In this document: positions 59,261-64,000 of the stretch, in pieces | How the letters are laid out: each line of letters opens with the position of its first letter | Numbering within the stretch: the stretch's first letter is position 1 | From: Spirochaetia bacterium | GTDB taxonomy: Bacteria > Spirochaetota > Spirochaetia > SZUA-6 > Bin103 | DNA length: 64,000 nt | Assembly: GCA_965203905.1 (NCBI GenBank) | Contig: CBDBDQ010000005.1 | Location: 7,200,001-7,264,000 of the forward strand | Reading direction: 5' to 3' | Program-made: the position numbers and the translations under genes | Notes under the pieces: generated by a model | The model's database searches: none | The model's input: the letters and a program-made list of their open reading frames with translations, nothing else | Told to the model about the DNA's origin: nothing

Positions 59261-60247
59261 ATGGCAACCATGCGAAGGGCGGGGCTTGGCGGCTCCGGCG
59301 CTGCCGCTGCCGCGCTGCCGGGCGGCGGCAAACGCCGATCCTCCATCCGCCACGCCAAGGAAGACCGGCTGTTCTACGTGCTCGACGTGGGACTGCTCGG
59401 CTTCACCTTCCTGCTGGTCATCTACCCGCTGATCTACGTGGTCAGCTCGTCATTCAGCGATGCCCTCGAAGTGGTGGCCGGGCGGGTGTGGTTGTTGCCG
59501 GTCAAGCCCTCCCTGGAAGGCTACAAGGCGGTGTTCGAGTACAACGAGCTGTGGCTGGGCTACGGCAACACCATCTTCTACACCGTGTTCGGGACCATCT
59601 ACAACGTGGTCATGACCATGCTGATCGCCTACCCGCTGTCGCGCCGCGACTGCAAGGGGCGCGGCCTCCTGATGTTCCTGTTCACCTTCACCCTGTTCTT
59701 CCAGGGCGGGCTGATCCCCACCTACCTGCTGATCCGCAGCATCGGGCTAATCGACACCCGCGCGGCGCTGATCATTCCGTTTGCCATCGGGGTGTGGAAC
59801 GTAATCATCACCCGCACCTACCTGCAGTCCAACATCCCGGGCGAGCTGTACGAGGCGGCACGCGTCGACGGCGCCACCAACACGCGCATGCTGTGGAGCG
59901 TCGTATTGCCGTTGTCCGGTCCGATCATCGCCGTCATCACCCTGTTCTACGCGGTCAACCACTGGAACCAGTTCTTCAACGCGCTGGTCTACATCCGCCG
60001 CCAGGAGTTGCGTCCGCTGCAGATCATCCTGCGCGAGATCCTGGTGCTCAACTCGCCGGGGGTGATCGACCAGTTGATGGCCTCCGCCTCCCCGGAGCAG
60101 GTGGAAGCGCTACAGGCGCGCATGTACCTGCAGGGGTTGATCCAATTCGCGCTGATCGTGGTGGCCACCGCCCCGATTCTGGCGGTCTACCCGTTCGTGC
60201 AGAAGTACTTCGTGCGCGGCGTGATGATCGGGGCGTTAAAGGGATGA
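59261..60247 (+). CDS. Carbohydrate ABC permease (LplC/YtcP-like), copy 1
   Basis: AYPLSR, GGLIPTY, ELYEAARVDGA, YPFVQKYFVRG..IGALKG. Confidence 0.92.
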   Translation: MATMRRAGLGGSGAAAAALPGGGKRRSSIRHAKEDRLFYVLDVGLLGFTFLLVIYPLIYVVSSSFSDALEVVAGRVWLLPVKPSLEGYKAVFEYNELWLGYGNTIFYTVFGTIYNVVMTMLIAYPLSRRDCKGRGLLMFLFTFTLFFQGGLIPTYLLIRSIGLIDTRAALIIPFAIGVWNVIITRTYLQSNIPGELYEAARVDGATNTRMLWSVVLPLSGPIIAVITLFYAVNHWNQFFNALVYIRRQELRPLQIILREILVLNSPGVIDQLMASASPEQVEALQARMYLQGLIQFALIVVATAPILAVYPFVQKYFVRGVMIGALKG

Positions 60248-60345
60248 GCCGGACGGCGCAAGGTAAATTGCAATTCGGAATCCGGGTGTTACCCGGAAAG
60301 AAACGAGATCGCGGCGCCAGGCCGCGAGAACGAGGAGCAGCACAC

Positions 60346-62067
60346 ATGCTCAAACTCATGGCAGTCGCACTGGCCGCGCTGCTGGCGGTGGGCGGAGTCG
60401 CGTTCGCCGCCGGCGACGAGGAAGCAGCCGCAAGTGCGTATCAACTGAACCCGCCGGGGACCTATCCGGTGGTAGACGAGAAGGTGACGATCACGGCGAT
60501 CGCCTACTACTCGTCGAGCACGTCGTCGGGCACTCCCGAAGACGCGGCGTTCGCGACCTACCTGGAGGACCTCACCAACGTGCACGTCGACTTCATCGAG
60601 ATGATCGAGTCGAACGGGGCACAGGAGAAGTTCAACCTGATTCTGGCGTCCGGAGACCTGCCGGACATTCTCATTCCGCACAGCTCGATTACCGCGCAGC
60701 AGGTGTTCCTGCACGGCAACAACGGCACCTTCCTACCGCTCAACGACCTGATCGAGGAGCACATGCCGTCGTTCAAGCAGCGCTTGGGCGAGTGGCCGTC
60801 GATCAAGGCGCGGCTGACCATGCCGGACGGCAACATCTACTCATTCCCGGACGTGTCGAATTGCTTTCACTGCCAGTTCTCGGCCAAGCTGTGGGTATAT
60901 CAGCCGTGGGTTGAGAAATTGGGGCTGAAGTGGCCGCCGGAGACCACCGAGGAGCTGTACGAGACGTTCAAGGCGTTCAAGACGCAGGATCCCAACGGCA
61001 ACGGCCAGGCGGACGAGATTCCGATTCTCGGCGCCGTGGACGGCTGGCGCCAGGACCCGTTCACCTTCCTGATGAACCCGTTCATCTTCACCAGCCACCC
61101 GTACGGCAACAACTACGGCGCGTTCCTGGAGCGCAGCCCGACCGACGTGCGCTTCGTGGCCAACACGCCGGAGTGGCGTGAGGGCCTGAAGTACATGCGC
61201 CGCATGTACGCCGAGGGACTGCTTGGCGACGAGAGCTTCGTGTGGACCCGGCAGGAGGGGATGTCCGCGGTCGAGAACCCGGACAAGGAGCTGGTGGGCT
61301 CGTTCCCGGCCGGTTGGTTCGGAATGATGACCATGAACGGCGCCGGTACCGGCCGCTTCGCGCACTTTCAGCCGATTGCGCCGGTGACGGGACCGACCGG
61401 ATTGCAACAGGCCACCTTCTTCCCGCCCTCCCTGCGCTACCAGACGCAGATCACCCCGAGCGGCGCCGACCGCAAGGAGATCATCGCGCAGTGGGTGGAT
61501 TGGTTCTACGAGGACCCGATCGTGAACGGCAACCTGGCCTGGGGCTGGCGCCGCGAGGGCATCGACTGGCGCTGGCTCACCGACGAGGAGAAGGCCAAGG
61601 GCTGGGTGGCGCGCGACGGCAACCCGGCACAGACGCTGAGCATCAACGTGCACGCCTTTGCGCGCGACCTGTACGACGACGGCTGGCCGCGCACCTCACC
61701 GGGCCGGTTCGACATGATCTCGCACAGCGCGCTGCCGCCGGAATGGGCGGAGGATCCCTCCAAGCAGGAGTACCGCCTGATGGTGGCCACGCGCGACCTG
61801 TACGCTCCGTACAAGACCGAGAGCTACATCCCGCCCGACCTCGTTTTCGACGAGACCACGCAGGATGAGCTGATCGACCTGGCGGAGACCCTGACCAGCC
61901 GCACCGGCCTGGTGCTGCAGCGGGCGACCGAGTTCATCAACGGCACCCGCGACATCGACAACGATGCGGCGTGGAATGACTACGTGGCGGAGCTGGAGCG
62001 TGCCGGCATCGACCGTTACGTCGAGCTGTGGCGCGACAGCCTGGCCAACGGAGGCTATTTCAACTAA
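60346..62067 (+). CDS. Carbohydrate ABC substrate-binding protein (LplA-like)
   Basis: Signal peptide, LASGDLPD, PDGNIYSFP, FKTQDPNGNGQADEIP; GAGGAG RBS. Confidence 0.9.
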   Translation: MLKLMAVALAALLAVGGVAFAAGDEEAAASAYQLNPPGTYPVVDEKVTITAIAYYSSSTSSGTPEDAAFATYLEDLTNVHVDFIEMIESNGAQEKFNLILASGDLPDILIPHSSITAQQVFLHGNNGTFLPLNDLIEEHMPSFKQRLGEWPSIKARLTMPDGNIYSFPDVSNCFHCQFSAKLWVYQPWVEKLGLKWPPETTEELYETFKAFKTQDPNGNGQADEIPILGAVDGWRQDPFTFLMNPFIFTSHPYGNNYGAFLERSPTDVRFVANTPEWREGLKYMRRMYAEGLLGDESFVWTRQEGMSAVENPDKELVGSFPAGWFGMMTMNGAGTGRFAHFQPIAPVTGPTGLQQATFFPPSLRYQTQITPSGADRKEIIAQWVDWFYEDPIVNGNLAWGWRREGIDWRWLTDEEKAKGWVARDGNPAQTLSINVHAFARDLYDDGWPRTSPGRFDMISHSALPPEWAEDPSKQEYRLMVATRDLYAPYKTESYIPPDLVFDETTQDELIDLAETLTSRTGLVLQRATEFINGTRDIDNDAAWNDYVAELERAGIDRYVELWRDSLANGGYFN

Positions 62068-62091
62068 ATCGCTAGTAGCCGCGGAAAAACG

Positions 62092-62118
62092 ACGGCCGGC
62101 TCGCCCTGAGCCGGCCGT
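62092..62118. terminator. Stem-loop terminator, probably bidirectional
   Basis: ACGGCCGGCTC-GCCCT-GAGCCGGCCGT with an A-tract before and T-tract after. Confidence 0.7.
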
Positions 62119-62119
62119 T

Positions 62120-62261
62120 TCATTTGTAAGGGTCGGCGGCGTCGCGCAGGCCGTCGCCGACGAAGTTGAAGGCCAGCACGCCGACGATCACGAACACCCC
62201 CGGAATCAGCAGCCACGGGTGCAGCGCCACCGTCTGCACGTTCTGTGCCTCGTGCAGCAGC
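62120..62261 (-). pseudogene. 3'-end remnant of a DppC-like permease
   Basis: [21 protein letters not shown]...[12 protein letters not shown], homologous to the end of 45518..46648. Confidence 0.8.
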
Positions 62262-62262
62262 G

Positions 62263-62719
62263 TTCGTGGGCCGCTGCGCCGCTGGCGAGATCTACAACCA
62301 GGTCCCGACGGAGTGCCGCATCGAGGGCATCCGGCGCTGGGTGGAGCCCGGCCAAGGTGGTGGCGGCGCGGGCCCAGGTGCTGGAGCTGGCGCAGGCGGT
62401 GGCCGAGCGCCACGGCCTGACCGTCTCCCTGCGGATGCAGACCCGCACCGAGGCGTATTCCGTGGCCGCCACCGACCCCGTGGTCGTTGCCCTTCAGGCT
62501 GCCTGCCGCGAAGTCACCGGCAGCACGCTTCCCACCGGCCCCAAGCCATTCGTGGACGACGGCAACCGTTACGCGTTCCTCGCCGGCATCCCCGCGCTCA
62601 CCCACGGCCCGGCGGCCAGCGGCGCCCACACCACCGACGAGCAGGTGCCGGTCGCCGAGTTGCTGCGCGTGGCTCGGGTCTACGCCCTCACCGCCCTCGC
62701 CTACTGCCCCGGTCCCTGA
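62263..62719 (+). pseudogene. 5'-truncated, frameshifted copy of the M20 peptidase gene
   Basis: Near-identical to about 56817-57272, with one extra base near 62357. Confidence 0.85.
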
Positions 62720-62736
62720 GGCGCGGCGTCATGTAA

Positions 62737-62765
62737 TTGACAGGAGCCGGGGATCTCACAATAAT
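62737..62765 (+). promoter_or_regulatory. Sigma70 promoter of carbohydrate ABC operon (copy 2)
   Basis: TTGACA-N17-AATAAT. Confidence 0.7.
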
Positions 62766-62812
62766 CCAGGGCTGCTGTCCGCCGCGGCCCACCGGACGAG
62801 AAAGGAGAGAGG

Positions 62813-63775
62813 TTGGCGCAATCTGCACACGCCGCCGCAGAACGCGAGTTGAAGCTGGCGCTACGCCGCAAGGCGTGGCGGGAATACTCGATCAACTGGG
62901 AGCTGTACCTGATGGCGCTGCTGCCGGTGATCTGGCTGGTCGTGTTCATGTACCTGCCGATGTACGGCAACGTGATCGCGTTCAAGCGGTTCGTCGCCTC
63001 CAAGGGCATCTGGGGCAGCCCGTGGATCGGCTTCGACAACTTCGAGCGCTTCTTCACCTCGTTCAAGTTCGGGAACATCATGTGGAACACGTTCTTCCTG
63101 AACGCGTACGACCTGGTGCTCGGCTTCCCGATCCCGATCATCCTCGCCATCCTGCTGCACTACACGCCGTTCCAGGGCTACAAGAAAACCGTGCAGATGG
63201 TCACCTACGCCCCCCACTTCATCTCCACGGTGGTGATGGTGGGCATCATCTTCAAGCTGTTCTCGCAGCGCATCGGCATCGTCAACGTGGCGCTCACCGC
63301 GCTCGGACTGCCGGAGTCCAACTTCCTCGGCTCACCGCTGTGGTTCCCGCACATCTACGTGTGGACCAACATCTGGCAGAACATGGGCTACGCCACGATC
63401 ATCTTCCTGGCCGCCCTGTCGGCGGTCGACCCGGAACTGCACGAGGCGGCACGGGTGGACGGCGCCACCATCTGGCAGCGCATCTGGCACATCGATCTGC
63501 CCGGCATCGCGGCGGTGGTGATCATCCTGCTGATCCTGCGCCTGGGACAAATCCTGAACATCGGCTTCGAGAAGGTGTTCCTGATGCAGAACACCGTCAA
63601 CATCGTCGCCTCGGAGGTCGTGGACACCTACGTCTACAAGGTCGGGCTCGCGTCGCGCAATCCCAACTTCTCCTACGCCTCCGCGATCGGACTGTTCAAG
63701 AACGTGATCGCCTTCTTCCTGCTGATCGCCGTCAACCGCATCGCGCGGCGCACCAGCGAGACCAGCCTGTGGTAG
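62813..63775 (+). CDS. Carbohydrate ABC permease (LplB/YteP-like), copy 2
   Basis: Protein identical to copy 1 from LALRRKAW onward. Confidence 0.92.
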   Translation: MAQSAHAAAERELKLALRRKAWREYSINWELYLMALLPVIWLVVFMYLPMYGNVIAFKRFVASKGIWGSPWIGFDNFERFFTSFKFGNIMWNTFFLNAYDLVLGFPIPIILAILLHYTPFQGYKKTVQMVTYAPHFISTVVMVGIIFKLFSQRIGIVNVALTALGLPESNFLGSPLWFPHIYVWTNIWQNMGYATIIFLAALSAVDPELHEAARVDGATIWQRIWHIDLPGIAAVVIILLILRLGQILNIGFEKVFLMQNTVNIVASEVVDTYVYKVGLASRNPNFSYASAIGLFKNVIAFFLLIAVNRIARRTSETSLW

Positions 63776-63785
63776 GCGGCCGCTG

Positions 63786-64000
63786 ATGGCGACGCTACGG
63801 CGGTCGCAAGCTGCTGGCGCCGGCGCGGCCGCGGCAACGCTGCCGGGCGGCGGCAAGCGCCGATCCTCCATCCGCCACGCCAGGGAAGACCGGCTGTTCT
63901 ACGTGCTCGACGTGGGACTGCTCGGTTTCACCTTCCTGCTGGTCATCTATCCGCTGATCTACGTGGTCAGCTCGTCGTTCAGCGACGCCCTCGAAGTGGT
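63786..64000 (+). CDS. Carbohydrate ABC permease (LplC/YtcP-like), copy 2, truncated by window edge
   Basis: MATLRR...EDRLFYVLDVGLLGFTFLLVIYPLIYVVSSSFSDALEV matches the gene at 59261. Confidence 0.88.
   Translation, partial: MATLRRSQAAGAGAAAATLPGGGKRRSSIRHAREDRLFYVLDVGLLGFTFLLVIYPLIYVVSSSFSDALEV

Overview
High-GC bacterial window. The solute-binding-protein leaders (FAGAADE, FAAGDEE, MAGGTDE) and the expansion of PhyH dioxygenases and ABC importers resemble sponge-associated Spirochaetota, but this is inference only. Most genes are catabolic: five PhyH-family dioxygenases, three aminotransferases, two SDRs, a sulfatase, a sialidase, a divergent transketolase, an ADP-ribosylglycohydrolase and four ABC importer cassettes with no ATPase gene. 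Interspersed are defence or selfish modules: a Gabija-type pair, Phd-VapC, RHH-MazF, DUF433-DUF5615, HigBA, an HNH nuclease, a Uma2 nuclease and AAA/PD-(D/E)XK pieces, plus many gene remnants. Main observations: (1) an unnamed ~125-140 aa protein lies directly upstream of one specific PhyH subfamily at two separate loci, a candidate two-component oxygenase module; (2) a probably exported UxxC selenoprotein with a clean SECIS-like hairpin that the ORF track splits in two; (3) a HigBA islet flanked by duplicated 3' ends of its host gene, with an empty version of the same site 4.5 kb downstream; (4) widespread apparent leaderless promoters. No rRNA, tRNA, CRISPR array, integrase or transposase was recognised. 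All family calls come from motif recognition by eye, not database searches.
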